A stretch of 64,000 bases of DNA from NCBI GenBank assembly GCA_013215565.1, contig JABSQV010000127.1, positions 2,339 to 66,338 of the forward strand. Direction: 5' to 3'. The DNA is from Myxococcales bacterium (GTDB lineage Bacteria; Myxococcota_A; UBA9160; SZUA-336). Shown piece by piece: positions 53,486-63,823 of this stretch (its first letter is position 1; every line of letters begins with the position of its first letter). Below the pieces are notes generated by a model. The model searched no databases. It was not told the DNA's origin and was given only the letters and a program-made list of their open reading frames with translations. Both the position numbers and the translations under genes were made by a program.

Positions 53486-56460
53486 TGAGGATGCGGCTCT
53501 CTAGCAGGCGAGGTCTTGGAGTGACGGCAGTCCTTGCTGCACTGCTCACGGTGGGTTCCGCGATGGCGGGCGAAGAGGTCAAGGATACGATCTCGGACGT
53601 GGAGGTCCGTCAGAGCCACGGGACGACGCAGATCGTGCTGCGTGGCGCCGAGGAGCCGATCTATACCGCCTTCATGAGGGAGGACCCTCCGGGTCTCGTG
53701 GTCGAACTTTACGACGTCACTTTCGAGGGCATGGAGTCGCCCATGCTGGTGAGCGACGGCACCGTGCAGGAGATCGCCTTCGGCGAGTATGGCGACGGTG
53801 CGATCGGCGCCGTTCTGGGTCGAATGACCGTCGGCCTCGCGCACGACTCCGAGTACGAGGTGATCCCGTCCGGAAGCGATCTCGTGGTGAAGATCTGGCC
53901 CCGCAACTGGGAGGCCGGATCCTCGTCGGACCCGGAAGATGCCCCGCCTGCCGCACCGGCGGATTCGGATGGCAGCGAAGCGTTCAATCCCAGTCGGGCA
54001 GATGAGGCCCCGAGCGGCACGTCTCGTGCCGGCTCTCCGGTGATAGAGAACTCGCCGACGCTCGTCGCGAAGGCGCAGATGCTCGAGAAGGACCCGGCCA
54101 GCTCCGACCAACTGCGGCGGATAGACGCGAAGGCCACGCGGGTTCGCGAGCAGGCTCAGGCCTCGAGCCGCATTACGAACCTGCGGGGCTTCGAGACCCG
54201 CATCGTGGTGCAGGCCACCGGTCCCATCGACAACGTCGATTCCTTTCTACTCGACTCGCCTGAACGTCTGGTCATCGACTTCTGGGGCGCCGAGAACGGC
54301 CTCGACCTGCCTCTCTACGAGGTGAACCAGGGCGCAATTCGACAGCTACGGGTCGGCACCCACCCTGAGAAGGTGCGAGTGGTGGTGGATCTGCGGGGCC
54401 CGATCGCATCGCACGTGATCGAGCATTCCGAATCCGGCGTCCAGATCGAGTTGAGCCTGGTCGGGGAGCAGGCGGAAAGCGCGCCGGAGCCGATCGAATC
54501 CACCGATGACGGCATCGCCGAACGGCCCAGCGTACCCTCGTTCGTACCCGCGATCGAGCGGCGCTCCGGCGACGTGATCCAGATCGCGGCCAATCCGGTC
54601 GCGGCATCGCACGCGCCGTATGTCGCCAGGACCCCGGCACCAGCGACGAGCGGCCACGTCAGCAGTGTTCAATTCGAGTCGATCGAGGGGATGGACCGGA
54701 TCGTCGTGATCACCACGGGCGGCCCGCAGCCCATCCTGGTCCACCCGGATCCGGTGACCGCGGTCCTCGATTTCCCGCACGCTTCGATCGAGCCGCAGGC
54801 GCAGCGACGGCTGGACACCCGCGAGTTCGGGGGTCCGGTGGAGCAGGTCTCGGCATTCCGGACTCCGGATATCGAGATCGAGCAAGCGCGGATCGTGGTG
54901 AAGCATCGGGGCACGAGCAGGCCCAGCTTCGAGCAGCGCGACGGTCGTTGGGTCCTGGAGTTTGCGCACGCAGGACGTCCGCTGGCCGCGGCACCCGCTG
55001 ACCGACCCAGAGCCGCAGTGCCGCCGTCGTACGCGGCTGCCCCGTGGATGGCCGAGGCTCACGCCGCACCCGTCCCGGGACCCGCCATGAATCCGAGCCA
55101 GGCTGCGACGTTTCGGTCCTACGAAGTCGACCCGAGCCCGGTTCCGAGCGCCCCCGAGAACCCGAACCCGGCCGCGATCGACGTGCTTCGCGAGGGCAGC
55201 TATAGCACGGAGAAGAGCTATAGCGGACGCCGCATCTCGCTCGATTTCAAGGACGCCGACATCGCGAGCATTCTTCGGCTGATTGCCGAGGTCTCGGACC
55301 TCAACATCGTGGCCGGCGAAGAGGTGAGCGGAAAGGTGACGATCCGACTCGTCGACGTGCCATGGGACCAGGCGATGGACGTGGTGCTGCTGACGAAGGG
55401 ACTGGGTTTCACCCGGGTGGGAAATGTCCTCCGGATCGCGCCGATCGACCTGCTTCATCAGGAGGAGGAGTCCAGGCTCGCTGAACGTCGCGCGAAGGAA
55501 AAGCTGGAAGATCTCGTCGTGAAGTTCCAGCCGGTGAACTACGCTGACGTGGACGAGATCGAAGGCCTGGTGGAGCGTTTGCTCACCGAACGCGGCAGCG
55601 TCGACGTCGACCGCAGAACCAGCACGTTGATCATCAAGGACATCCCCTCGGTGATCCACGAATCCACGGCGCTCGTGAAGGCGATCGACACGCAGACACC
55701 CCAGGTGCTGATCGAGGCAAAGATCGTTGAGGCGGACCTGAACTTCTCGCGCTCACTCGGAGCGACCTGGGGATTGGGTTACAACCCGCTCGGCGGCTGG
55801 GGTGGGGCCCCGGACTTCCACCTGGGCGACGGGACCAATCCCTCGAGCCTCGGAGGGATGCAGGAAACCAACTTCGTGGTCCAGAACCCGGTCGAGAATG
55901 CCGTCGGCGTTCTCACGGCGGGTCTTCTCGGACTCGCTGATCGTCTCCAACTCGATCTCAGGCTGCAGGCCGCGGAAACCAACGGCACGGGAAAGGTGGT
56001 CTCATCGCCCCGGGTTCTGACCCTCGATAACACCGAAGCGACGATCCTGCAGGGGGTCGCGATCCCGTTTGAGGCGACTACCGAGAACAGCATCAATACG
56101 AACTTCGTGGACGCGGTACTCGAACTCAAGGTGACGCCTCACATCACGGCCGACGGGTCGATCGTGATGAAGATCAAGGTGTCGAGAAACGCGCCGGAGG
56201 TGTCGTCGGCAACCAATGGTGAAGTCGGAATCAGGAAGAACGAAACTCAGACCGAGGCGCTGGTGATGGACGGCCAGACGATGGTCCTCGGCGGCATCTA
56301 CGTGGTCGACAAGAGCGACTCGAGCACGGGTGTGCCGTTCCTCTCCAAAATCCCCCTGCTCGGGGCGGCCTTCAGCAGCAGTACGAAGGTGGACAAGCGC
56401 GAGGAACTACTGATCTTCGTCACCCCGCGGATCGTGCACCCGCGCGGCGGGGCCAGCTGA
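53482..56460 (+). CDS. pilQ: type IV pilus secretin PilQ (multiple AMIN domains + secretin)
   Basis: 992 aa; signal peptide, repeated AMIN-like beta domains, and a C-terminal secretin domain (VLGGIY...VPFLSKIPLLG...LLIFVTPRIV). Confidence 0.9.
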   Translation: MMRMRLSSRRGLGVTAVLAALLTVGSAMAGEEVKDTISDVEVRQSHGTTQIVLRGAEEPIYTAFMREDPPGLVVELYDVTFEGMESPMLVSDGTVQEIAFGEYGDGAIGAVLGRMTVGLAHDSEYEVIPSGSDLVVKIWPRNWEAGSSSDPEDAPPAAPADSDGSEAFNPSRADEAPSGTSRAGSPVIENSPTLVAKAQMLEKDPASSDQLRRIDAKATRVREQAQASSRITNLRGFETRIVVQATGPIDNVDSFLLDSPERLVIDFWGAENGLDLPLYEVNQGAIRQLRVGTHPEKVRVVVDLRGPIASHVIEHSESGVQIELSLVGEQAESAPEPIESTDDGIAERPSVPSFVPAIERRSGDVIQIAANPVAASHAPYVARTPAPATSGHVSSVQFESIEGMDRIVVITTGGPQPILVHPDPVTAVLDFPHASIEPQAQRRLDTREFGGPVEQVSAFRTPDIEIEQARIVVKHRGTSRPSFEQRDGRWVLEFAHAGRPLAAAPADRPRAAVPPSYAAAPWMAEAHAAPVPGPAMNPSQAATFRSYEVDPSPVPSAPENPNPAAIDVLREGSYSTEKSYSGRRISLDFKDADIASILRLIAEVSDLNIVAGEEVSGKVTIRLVDVPWDQAMDVVLLTKGLGFTRVGNVLRIAPIDLLHQEEESRLAERRAKEKLEDLVVKFQPVNYADVDEIEGLVERLLTERGSVDVDRRTSTLIIKDIPSVIHESTALVKAIDTQTPQVLIEAKIVEADLNFSRSLGATWGLGYNPLGGWGGAPDFHLGDGTNPSSLGGMQETNFVVQNPVENAVGVLTAGLLGLADRLQLDLRLQAAETNGTGKVVSSPRVLTLDNTEATILQGVAIPFEATTENSINTNFVDAVLELKVTPHITADGSIVMKIKVSRNAPEVSSATNGEVGIRKNETQTEALVMDGQTMVLGGIYVVDKSDSSTGVPFLSKIPLLGAAFSSSTKVDKREELLIFVTPRIVHPRGGAS

Positions 56461-56485
56461 TCGGGCGGCTGCTACAGTCTCCGGG

Positions 56486-57028
56486 ATGGGGACCGGGCAG
56501 CCGGATCGATCGATTCTGCTGGTTGGGATGATGGGTTCCGGCAAGTCGGCGGTGGGCCGCGCGCTCGCCGACCGGCTCGGCTGGGAACTCGTCGATTCCG
56601 ACCATGCAGTCGAGCAGCGCGCAGGCGCCACGATCCCCGAGATCTTCCGAGGGCAGGGCGAAGACCACTTCCGCCGGCTCGAACGCGGCGTGCTCGAGGC
56701 GCTTCCGCGCGAGCGGACGGTCGTGGCGCTGGGGGGCGGCGCAGTCGCCTCCGCCCTGAATCGCGAGATCCTGGCCCGGAAGGGGATTCAGGTCTGGCTC
56801 GACGCGCCCCCCGAGACCCTGGCTTCCCGGATCGGCGCCAGCCGGGAACGCCCGCTCTTGGGCGATCGCTCGGGGCCCGAGCGGGTCGCGCGGCTCGCGG
56901 CGCTCCTCCGGGAGCGGCGGGAGGCGTACGCCGAGGCCCCGATTCGGGTCTGCACCGCGGAACGCTCGGTTGGCGAGGTCGCAAGCGCGATCCTGAAGCG
57001 GCTCTCCGAGCAGGAGGGTCCGCAGTGA
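56486..57028 (+). CDS. aroK: shikimate kinase
   Basis: ILLVGMMGSGKSAVGRALA Walker A, 180 aa. Conserved pilQ-aroK-aroB linkage. Confidence 0.9.
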   Translation: MGTGQPDRSILLVGMMGSGKSAVGRALADRLGWELVDSDHAVEQRAGATIPEIFRGQGEDHFRRLERGVLEALPRERTVVALGGGAVASALNREILARKGIQVWLDAPPETLASRIGASRERPLLGDRSGPERVARLAALLRERREAYAEAPIRVCTAERSVGEVASAILKRLSEQEGPQ

Positions 57029-58113
57029 ACACCGTGCAGGTCATGCTGGGCGATCGGAGTTACCCAATCCGGATCCGACCTGGATCCTTAGCGGACCTGG
57101 GCGAGACCCTGGTACGCGAGTTCGGGGCCGCGCACGTGGTGAGCATCACGACCCCGCGGGTCGGCGAAGCTCACTTCGAGACCCTGGCACGAGGCCTCTC
57201 GAGTGCAGATCTCGCCCACCAGCGCCTCGATGTGCCCGAGGGCGACCGCGCAAAGACCCTGAGCCACGCATCGCGACTCTACGACTCGCTGATCGATCTC
57301 GAGGCCGACCGCGACACCGTGATCGTCGCACTCGGCGGCGGAGCGGTCGGAGACCTTGCGGGTTTCGTCGCCTCGACCTACCTGCGCGGGGTCGCGCTGG
57401 TACAGGTCCCGACCACGCTGCTCGCACAGGTCGACTCCAGCGTGGGTGGCAAGACGGCGGTCAACCACTCGCGGGGCAAGAACCTGATCGGCACCTTCTT
57501 TCAGCCGCGCCTGGTCTGGATCGACCCGGCGGTGCTGAGCACGCTGCCTGCCTCCGAGCTACGCTGCGGCATGGCCGAGATCATCAAGGCCGGCGCGATC
57601 TGGGACGGCGAATTCTTCGCCTGGCTCGAAAAGAACGCAAAGGGCGTGACGGCGCTCGATCCCGAATTGCTCAGCGAAGCGATCGTGCGGGCGGTTCGAA
57701 TCAAGGCCGAGGTGGTCGGGCTCGACGAGCGTGAAGCCGGACTGCGTGCGTTGCTCAACTTCGGACATACGCTGGGCCACGCAATCGAGAATGTGCTGGG
57801 CTATCGCGAAATTCATCACGGGGAAGCGGTCGCGATTGGAATGATGTTTGCGGCCCGGCTTTCGGAACGGCGCGAGTTGGCTCCCGCGGGAACCGCGGAG
57901 CGGCTCGAGGGACTCCTCGATTGCGTGGGCCTGCCCACCGAACTCCCGGACGCGCTCGGTGTAACGGAAACTCGCGAGGCTTACCTTCGAGCGATGACGG
58001 TCGATAAGAAGGTGCGAGGGCGCCAGCTGGGCTTCGTGGTACTCAGCGAAATCGGGCGCGCCAAGGTCATCAAGCTGACCCCGGAAGAGGTATTCGAGGG
58101 GGCGGACCAGTGA
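57025..58113 (+). CDS. aroB: 3-dehydroquinate synthase
   Basis: GGGAVGDLAGFVASTYLRGV NAD-binding motif and metal-ligand His motifs. Confidence 0.9.
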   Translation: MNTVQVMLGDRSYPIRIRPGSLADLGETLVREFGAAHVVSITTPRVGEAHFETLARGLSSADLAHQRLDVPEGDRAKTLSHASRLYDSLIDLEADRDTVIVALGGGAVGDLAGFVASTYLRGVALVQVPTTLLAQVDSSVGGKTAVNHSRGKNLIGTFFQPRLVWIDPAVLSTLPASELRCGMAEIIKAGAIWDGEFFAWLEKNAKGVTALDPELLSEAIVRAVRIKAEVVGLDEREAGLRALLNFGHTLGHAIENVLGYREIHHGEAVAIGMMFAARLSERRELAPAGTAERLEGLLDCVGLPTELPDALGVTETREAYLRAMTVDKKVRGRQLGFVVLSEIGRAKVIKLTPEEVFEGADQ

Positions 58114-58706
58114 GCGGAGAGCGAGTGATGATGCGCCTCGACCTGGCGTGCGGGCACTGGGAACTCGGCGAGCACGATCTGGCGCTGCTGTGTCTCGAGC
58201 GTGCGGTGGTCGAGGCGCCGGACGCGCTCGAACTGCGGCGCGTGATCGCGGCCTGGACACCGAAGTCTCCGCCGGCCGTCCGTCGCCAACTCCTCGAGCT
58301 GGAACTCCGGCTGGTTCCGGTGGAGGGCGGCGGGCCCACCCCGGCGATCTACGACATTTGCGAACTGCAGCTCGACGACGAGTCGAGACCCGGCGCAGAG
58401 CAGCCCGATGCAGCCGCCTCGAGAGAGTTCACACCGCAGGCTGCGCCCGACGCCGAAGCGGGCGGCCTGCCGCCGCTCGCGACCTCGACCGTCGCCGAAC
58501 TCCTCGCAGACCAGGGTAATTTCGAACAGGCGGTTCACGTGGCCGACGACGTACTCCGCCGCAACCCTTCGGACGCGCGCGCGCAGGCCGTCCGCAACCT
58601 GGTAGAAAGCAAGGCACACCCGCAGGCAGACGCGATCGCGGCGCTGGAAAGCTGGCTTCGCACGATCGAGCAACGGCAATCGCGGTCGCGGGCCCAGGAG
58701 GTTTAA
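58110..58706 (+). CDS. hypothetical protein with TPR-like helical ends and an acidic disordered centre
   Basis: 198 aa, translationally coupled to aroB. No catalytic motifs and no P-loop. Confidence 0.5.
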   Translation: MSGERVMMRLDLACGHWELGEHDLALLCLERAVVEAPDALELRRVIAAWTPKSPPAVRRQLLELELRLVPVEGGGPTPAIYDICELQLDDESRPGAEQPDAAASREFTPQAAPDAEAGGLPPLATSTVAELLADQGNFEQAVHVADDVLRRNPSDARAQAVRNLVESKAHPQADAIAALESWLRTIEQRQSRSRAQEV

Positions 58707-58708
58707 GA

Positions 58709-59071
58709 ATGACGTTTCGAGAGATGCTGGCGATCGTCGTCGACCGTACCCCGGGTGCCCTCGCGGGCGCCATCATGGGCGAGGACGGCCTGGCGGTCGA
58801 GGAGTACGCCCCGCGGCGTGGAGAGATCGAGTTGGCGACCGTCGCGGTCGAGTTTCAGTCCGTCCTGGGCGCGGCGCGCAAGGTCGCGGGTGCGCAGGAA
58901 ACCGCCGCCGATCTCGAGGAACTGATCGTCACCACGAGCCGCTATCAGTTGCTGTTTCGTCCCCTCGACGACGAGTACTTCCTGGCCGTCGCGTTCGATC
59001 CGAGCGGGACTCTGGGCAAGGCCCGCTACCTGGTCGGGACGCTCTTGCGCGATCTGCGCCAGGAGTTGTAG
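58709..59071 (+). CDS. Roadblock/LC7-domain protein (MglB/MglC-like)
   Basis: 120 aa with the alpha-beta-alpha Roadblock pattern ([30 protein letters not shown]...[25 protein letters not shown]). Confidence 0.7.
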   Translation: MTFREMLAIVVDRTPGALAGAIMGEDGLAVEEYAPRRGEIELATVAVEFQSVLGAARKVAGAQETAADLEELIVTTSRYQLLFRPLDDEYFLAVAFDPSGTLGKARYLVGTLLRDLRQEL

Positions 59072-59082
59072 AACCGGACTCG

Positions 59083-59520
59083 ATGAGGATCCTGCTCCTC
59101 AATGGCCCCAACCTGAACGAACTCGGCCGGCGAGAGCCCGAGGTCTACGGGCGCACCACGCTCGCCGAGATCGAGGCCCGGTTGCAGAGCCTGGCGGCCG
59201 AAGCCGGGGCGCGGCTCGAGACCTTCCAGTCGAATCACGAGGGCGCCCTGATCGACCGCCTGCAGGCGGCGCGGGGCGAGGTCGAGGGCCTGATTCTGAA
59301 TCCCGGAGGCCTCACCCACACCAGCGTTGCGCTGCGCGACGCGGTGGCGCTGCTCGTGCCCGAGACCCCGTGTATCGAAGTGCACCTCTCGAACATCTAC
59401 GCGCGCGAGCCGTTCCGGCAGACCTCGCTGCTCGCCGGGGTGGTCACGGGCCAGATCTCGGGCCTGGGCCCGCTCGGCTACGAACTGGCCTTCCGTGCGC
59501 TCACCGGAACCGGCAAGTAG
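59083..59520 (+). CDS. aroQ: type II 3-dehydroquinate dehydratase
   Basis: [21 protein letters not shown]...IEVHLSNI, 145 aa. Confidence 0.9.
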   Translation: MRILLLNGPNLNELGRREPEVYGRTTLAEIEARLQSLAAEAGARLETFQSNHEGALIDRLQAARGEVEGLILNPGGLTHTSVALRDAVALLVPETPCIEVHLSNIYAREPFRQTSLLAGVVTGQISGLGPLGYELAFRALTGTGK

Positions 59521-60346
59521 TCGGGCGAGAGGCCGGGCCTCCGCCTGGCGGCTGCTCGAAGACCCGCCGGGCCCCGCAGCCCGGAACATGGCCGTCGACG
59601 AGACCCTGCTCGCGTCCCTGCGCACCGGGGGCCGCCCGACCCTCCGGCTCTACGGCTGGAGTCGGCCCTCGCTGAGCCTCGGCTACCGGGCCGCACCCGC
59701 GCCGGGCGATCGCGCCGGGGACTGGATCCGGCGTGCGGATGCCCATGGGATCGACCTGGTCCGGCGACCGACCGGGGGCGGCGCGGTCCTACACTGCCGC
59801 GACCTGAGCTACAGCGTCGCCGCGGCCCGCGGCACGGCCCCGATCCCGGACCTGATGTGGGCGAGCTACGAGTGGATCCGGTCCGCGCTGCTAGAGGCGC
59901 TGCGCGGGGCCGGGATCGAGGCCGCAGCCGCGCACGGGGATCGAGATGCCGGCGCCGAGCCGCTCTGCTTCAAGTCCGCGACCGGAACCGAGATCGAGGC
60001 CGCCGGGCTGAAACTCGTCGGAAGCGCGCAACGACGCACCCGCTGGGGCTTTCTTCAGCACGGCTCGATCCGGCTCCGGGACGACTCGGAACTGTATCGC
60101 GCGCTCTTCGGCACCGGCCCGCCACCCGCGCTCCCCGAGACCGGACACACGGACCCCGCGTTGCTCAGGCGCGCCATCGTCGTCGCGTTCGAGCACGCGC
60201 TCGGCGGCCCGATCGAGCGGGCCGGACTTTCCGCGTCGGAACTCGACCAGGTCCGGCGCCGGGAGCGGCTTCGCAGCCTGGATCGCCTGTGTGCGCCGTC
60301 GATTTCCTCAAGTGGGCCGGCGTGTTCAGCCGATAACGCTCGCTAG
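59496..60346 (+). CDS. lipoate--protein ligase / octanoyltransferase family protein (BPL/LPL catalytic domain)
   Basis: W..L.....[20 protein letters not shown] and KLVGSAQRR...LQHGSI motifs of LplA/LipB/LipM. Start uncertain: GTG near 59496 or ATG at 59588. Confidence 0.7.
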
Positions 60347-60403
60347 CGGCAAGCCACACCCGTACCCGGATGCACGGCTGGACGTCGCCAGCGAGGACGC
60401 GTT

Positions 60404-62602
60404 CTGGCCTTCCGAACCAAGAAAAGAAAACTCCTCGAATCGGCTCAGAAGCACGCGCAAAAGGGCGCGTTCGACAAGGCGATCCTGGAGTATCAGAAGC
60501 TCTTGAGGAGCGACCCCGGGGACCCGAACGTCTTGATGCGGATCGGGGACCTTCACCTCAAGCGCGGTGCGGCGGCGAAGGCAGCCGAGGTCTACGTGAC
60601 CGTGTCGCGCTATTTCGCGCAGGCCGGATTCGAGGCCAAGGCCGTCGCGGTCGCGAAGCAGGTCCTGCGGATCGATCCCGACCGGCTCGAGATTCGCGTC
60701 GAACTGGGTGAACTCTACCAGCGCATGGGCCTGTCGTCGGACGCGGTCCGCGAGTACCAGTCGGCGCTCGAAATGTACCGCGAGCGCGGCGCGACCACCG
60801 AGGTCTACGATCTGCTGAAGCGCGCCGCCAGCCTCGATCCCGAGAATATTTCGAATCGCCTTTCACTCGCCGGCCTCATGCTCCGTGAGGGTCTCGAAGA
60901 GGAGGCCCGCGCCGGGTTCGACCGCCTGCTCGCAGACAGCGAGGCGGCGGACGCCGACGACGCGGTGGAACGGGTCGCGACCGCGATCCTCGAGCACTTT
61001 CCAGATCACGCGGACGCGCTGCGCAAACTCGGAGAAGTGAAGCTCAAGGCCGGTGCGGCGGAAGAGGCGGCGACGCTGCTCGGCGCGGCCGCCGAGGGCC
61101 TGCCCGGCGACCTCGAGGTGCGGAAGGCACTGGCCGACGCGCTCGAGACGGTGGGAGACGACGAACAGGCACAGCGCGTCTGGAGCGAGGTCGCGGGCCT
61201 GTATCGCGAGCGCGGAGACGAAGAGACGGCGCGCGACATTCTGCAGCGTCGCGTCTCCATCGCGACGCTCGGCGCGCCGACCAAGCTCATGCAGGAAATC
61301 GAGCGTCAGGCCGGCGAGAGCCAGCCGGAGATGGCGCCCGATCTCGAGAACCCGGACCGGCCGGGACCGCTGGAGAAACTCAGCATCGACGCGGAGCCGG
61401 AGTCCGAGGCGAACTCCGGGCTGGAACTCGAGCTGGACCTCGAACTCGACCAGCCGGACCCAGCGGGGACACCGGCCGCTCGCAGCCCGTCACCCCTGCA
61501 GTTCGCTTCGACGCTTCAGGTCGACCCACTGGAGCCGGATTCCGAATCCGAGACCTCCGGGAGCATGCTGCTCGACGACATCGTCTCCGGGGAACAGGCG
61601 ACGGATCCGGTGCTTCCCGCGGCGGAGCCTAACGCGGGCGGCGCGCAGGATCCCGGGACGCTCCTCGCTGAAGCGCGCGTGGCTCTCGAGTACGAACAGT
61701 TCGAACTCGCCGCCAGCCGGGCGCGGAGTGTGCTCCAGCACGAACCGGCGTCGGACGCGGCGCGCGGGATCCTGTCGCAGGTGCTCTCATTGCAGGGCGA
61801 CGCGCGCGGCGCGATCGCGCTCGAGCACGAGCGCAGGCTACAGGCCCGCGCAGAGGGCAATGCCGCGCGTGTGGCAGAGATCGATCAGCGGATCGAGGCG
61901 CTCGAGCAGCCCGACCCGGACGTACCGATCCCGGAGATCGAACTCCAGGACGGGCCCGGGACTGAGACCGTCGTTTCGCTGAACGGGCCGGGCCCGGAAT
62001 CGGTGGACGTGGCCGACAGATCGGAACTCCCGCTCGTCGAGGCCTTCGAGATCCTGGAATCGGAAGCGGACAGCCAGGCCGGGGACGAGGACGAACTCGT
62101 GCTCATCACGCCGATCGACGCTGCCGACGATAGCGAGAGCGACGCAACGCCGACGCGGGCCTCCACGGGCAGCGGGATCGACGCCATCTTCGCGGCGTTC
62201 AAGCAGGGAATCCAGGCGCAGCTCAGCGACGACGAGAGCGGGGCCCACTACGACCTCGCAATCGCGTATCGGGAAATGGGTCTGCTCGACGACGCGGTGC
62301 AGGAACTCGAGGTTGCGCGCCGCGGGGAGACCTGCCGTCTCGAGGCGCTTTCGCTCCTGGCCACTTGCAAGGTCGAACTCGGCCGTCCGGCCGAGGCCAT
62401 AGACCACCTGGAGGAGGCACTCGCGCTCGCGAAGGAAGATCCCTCGGCGCTGACCGCGCTGCGCTACGAACTCGGCGGTTCCCTGCGCGCCTGCGGGCGC
62501 CACCGGGAAGCGCTCGTGGCTTTCCGCTCGGTGGCCCAGGCGGACGCCGGGTTCCGAGATGTCGCGCTGCGGCTTCGGGAACTCGAAACCCTTGATATTT
62601 GA
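60404..62602 (+). CDS. TPR-repeat protein with long acidic low-complexity central region
   Basis: TPR helices at the N-terminus (KAILEYQKLLRSDPGDPNVLMRIGDLHLKRG...) and C-terminus, with a ~150-aa D/E/P-rich linker. Start uncertain: no ATG/GTG upstream of TTG 60503; possible CTG at 60404. Confidence 0.65.
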   Translation: MAFRTKKRKLLESAQKHAQKGAFDKAILEYQKLLRSDPGDPNVLMRIGDLHLKRGAAAKAAEVYVTVSRYFAQAGFEAKAVAVAKQVLRIDPDRLEIRVELGELYQRMGLSSDAVREYQSALEMYRERGATTEVYDLLKRAASLDPENISNRLSLAGLMLREGLEEEARAGFDRLLADSEAADADDAVERVATAILEHFPDHADALRKLGEVKLKAGAAEEAATLLGAAAEGLPGDLEVRKALADALETVGDDEQAQRVWSEVAGLYRERGDEETARDILQRRVSIATLGAPTKLMQEIERQAGESQPEMAPDLENPDRPGPLEKLSIDAEPESEANSGLELELDLELDQPDPAGTPAARSPSPLQFASTLQVDPLEPDSESETSGSMLLDDIVSGEQATDPVLPAAEPNAGGAQDPGTLLAEARVALEYEQFELAASRARSVLQHEPASDAARGILSQVLSLQGDARGAIALEHERRLQARAEGNAARVAEIDQRIEALEQPDPDVPIPEIELQDGPGTETVVSLNGPGPESVDVADRSELPLVEAFEILESEADSQAGDEDELVLITPIDAADDSESDATPTRASTGSGIDAIFAAFKQGIQAQLSDDESGAHYDLAIAYREMGLLDDAVQELEVARRGETCRLEALSLLATCKVELGRPAEAIDHLEEALALAKEDPSALTALRYELGGSLRACGRHREALVAFRSVAQADAGFRDVALRLRELETLDI

Positions 62603-62624
62603 GAAGGTTCTGAAGGGACCAGAG

Positions 62625-63746
62625 ATGAAATACTTGAAGTTCTACAAGCTCGACGAAGAGCCTTTTCGCAACGACCCCGATCCGCGCGCCTACCACGAGG
62701 GGCCCGCGCTCGCACGCACCCGTACGCGCGTCCTGCGCATCGTCGAGCAGCGGAAGGGTCTGTGCGTCGTCGTCGGGGAGTCCGGCTCGGGGAAGACCAC
62801 CCTCGCTCGCCGGCTGCTGAACGAACTGGCCGAAGACGCCTGCGAGGTGCGGCTGCTCACGGTCCCGCACGCGGAGTGCGACGGGAGCTGGCTGAGAAGA
62901 CGCGTCGCGCATGCGTTTGGCGTGACCCAGCCGTCCGACGAACCGCTGCAGGCGATGGGACAGACCTACTCGCAGTTGATCGCCCTAAAGGCCGAGGGCA
63001 AGCTGCCGCTGCTCCTGATCGACGAAGCGCAGTTGCTCCAGGGCCCGGGGGCGCTCCAGGAACTTCGGGGACTGCTCTCGCTCGAGCATCGGGGCCAACG
63101 CCTGCTCACGCTGCTGCTGTTCGGCGTTCCGGCGCTCGACGCGCTGCTCAATCAGCATCCGTCGCTCGGCCAGCGCGTCGATGCGCGCGTGTGCATGAAC
63201 CGCCTCGACCGCGCGGAAACCGAGCAGTTTCTGCACGCGCGACTCGCGTGCGTGGGTGGGAATCCCGGCCTCTTCGGTAACCAGGAGATCGACGCGATCC
63301 ACCGCTTTTCGGACGGGGTTCCCCGGTTGATCAACACCCTGGCCGACAACAGCCTGTTCGAGGGATTTCTCTCGGAATCCGACCCGATCGACGTGTCGGC
63401 GATCGCTGCTGCAGCCGAGCAACTGGGCCTGACCCAACCGGAGCGCACTCGACTGCAACCCGCGGCCCAGCAGGGAGCGCGCGTCGACCCGGTCGGGCGT
63501 GCCGAAGACCCCGGGTTCGAGCCCAGCGATGTCTCGCTGGACGAAGGCCCGGAGCTGGCTCGGTCCCCGTCCCCGGAACCGCCGACATTCGATTCCGTCG
63601 CAGCCCCGACCCGCGGGACTGCCGCGGCCGCATCCGAGATCGCACTTGACCTCGAATGCTCCGACGAGAACCCGCTCGAAGAATCCAACGCGGACAGCCT
63701 CTCCGGCCTCGACGCGCTCTTCGAGAAGATCCGGGTCAAGCAGTAA
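62625..63746 (+). CDS. ExeA/GspA-like AAA ATPase (AAA_16/AAA_22)
   Basis: Walker A GESGSGKTT and Walker B LLLIDEAQ, the ExeA-family architecture. C-terminal low-complexity tail. Start at MKYLKFYKLDEEPF. Confidence 0.75.
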   Translation: MKYLKFYKLDEEPFRNDPDPRAYHEGPALARTRTRVLRIVEQRKGLCVVVGESGSGKTTLARRLLNELAEDACEVRLLTVPHAECDGSWLRRRVAHAFGVTQPSDEPLQAMGQTYSQLIALKAEGKLPLLLIDEAQLLQGPGALQELRGLLSLEHRGQRLLTLLLFGVPALDALLNQHPSLGQRVDARVCMNRLDRAETEQFLHARLACVGGNPGLFGNQEIDAIHRFSDGVPRLINTLADNSLFEGFLSESDPIDVSAIAAAAEQLGLTQPERTRLQPAAQQGARVDPVGRAEDPGFEPSDVSLDEGPELARSPSPEPPTFDSVAAPTRGTAAAASEIALDLECSDENPLEESNADSLSGLDALFEKIRVKQ

Positions 63747-63823
63747 GCCCTCCGGAGCAGCCCCGAGTCCTCGCTACCTCCGCGCCCGCGGCTCTGGTAT
63801 CTTGCCCGTCACGCGGGAATAGC

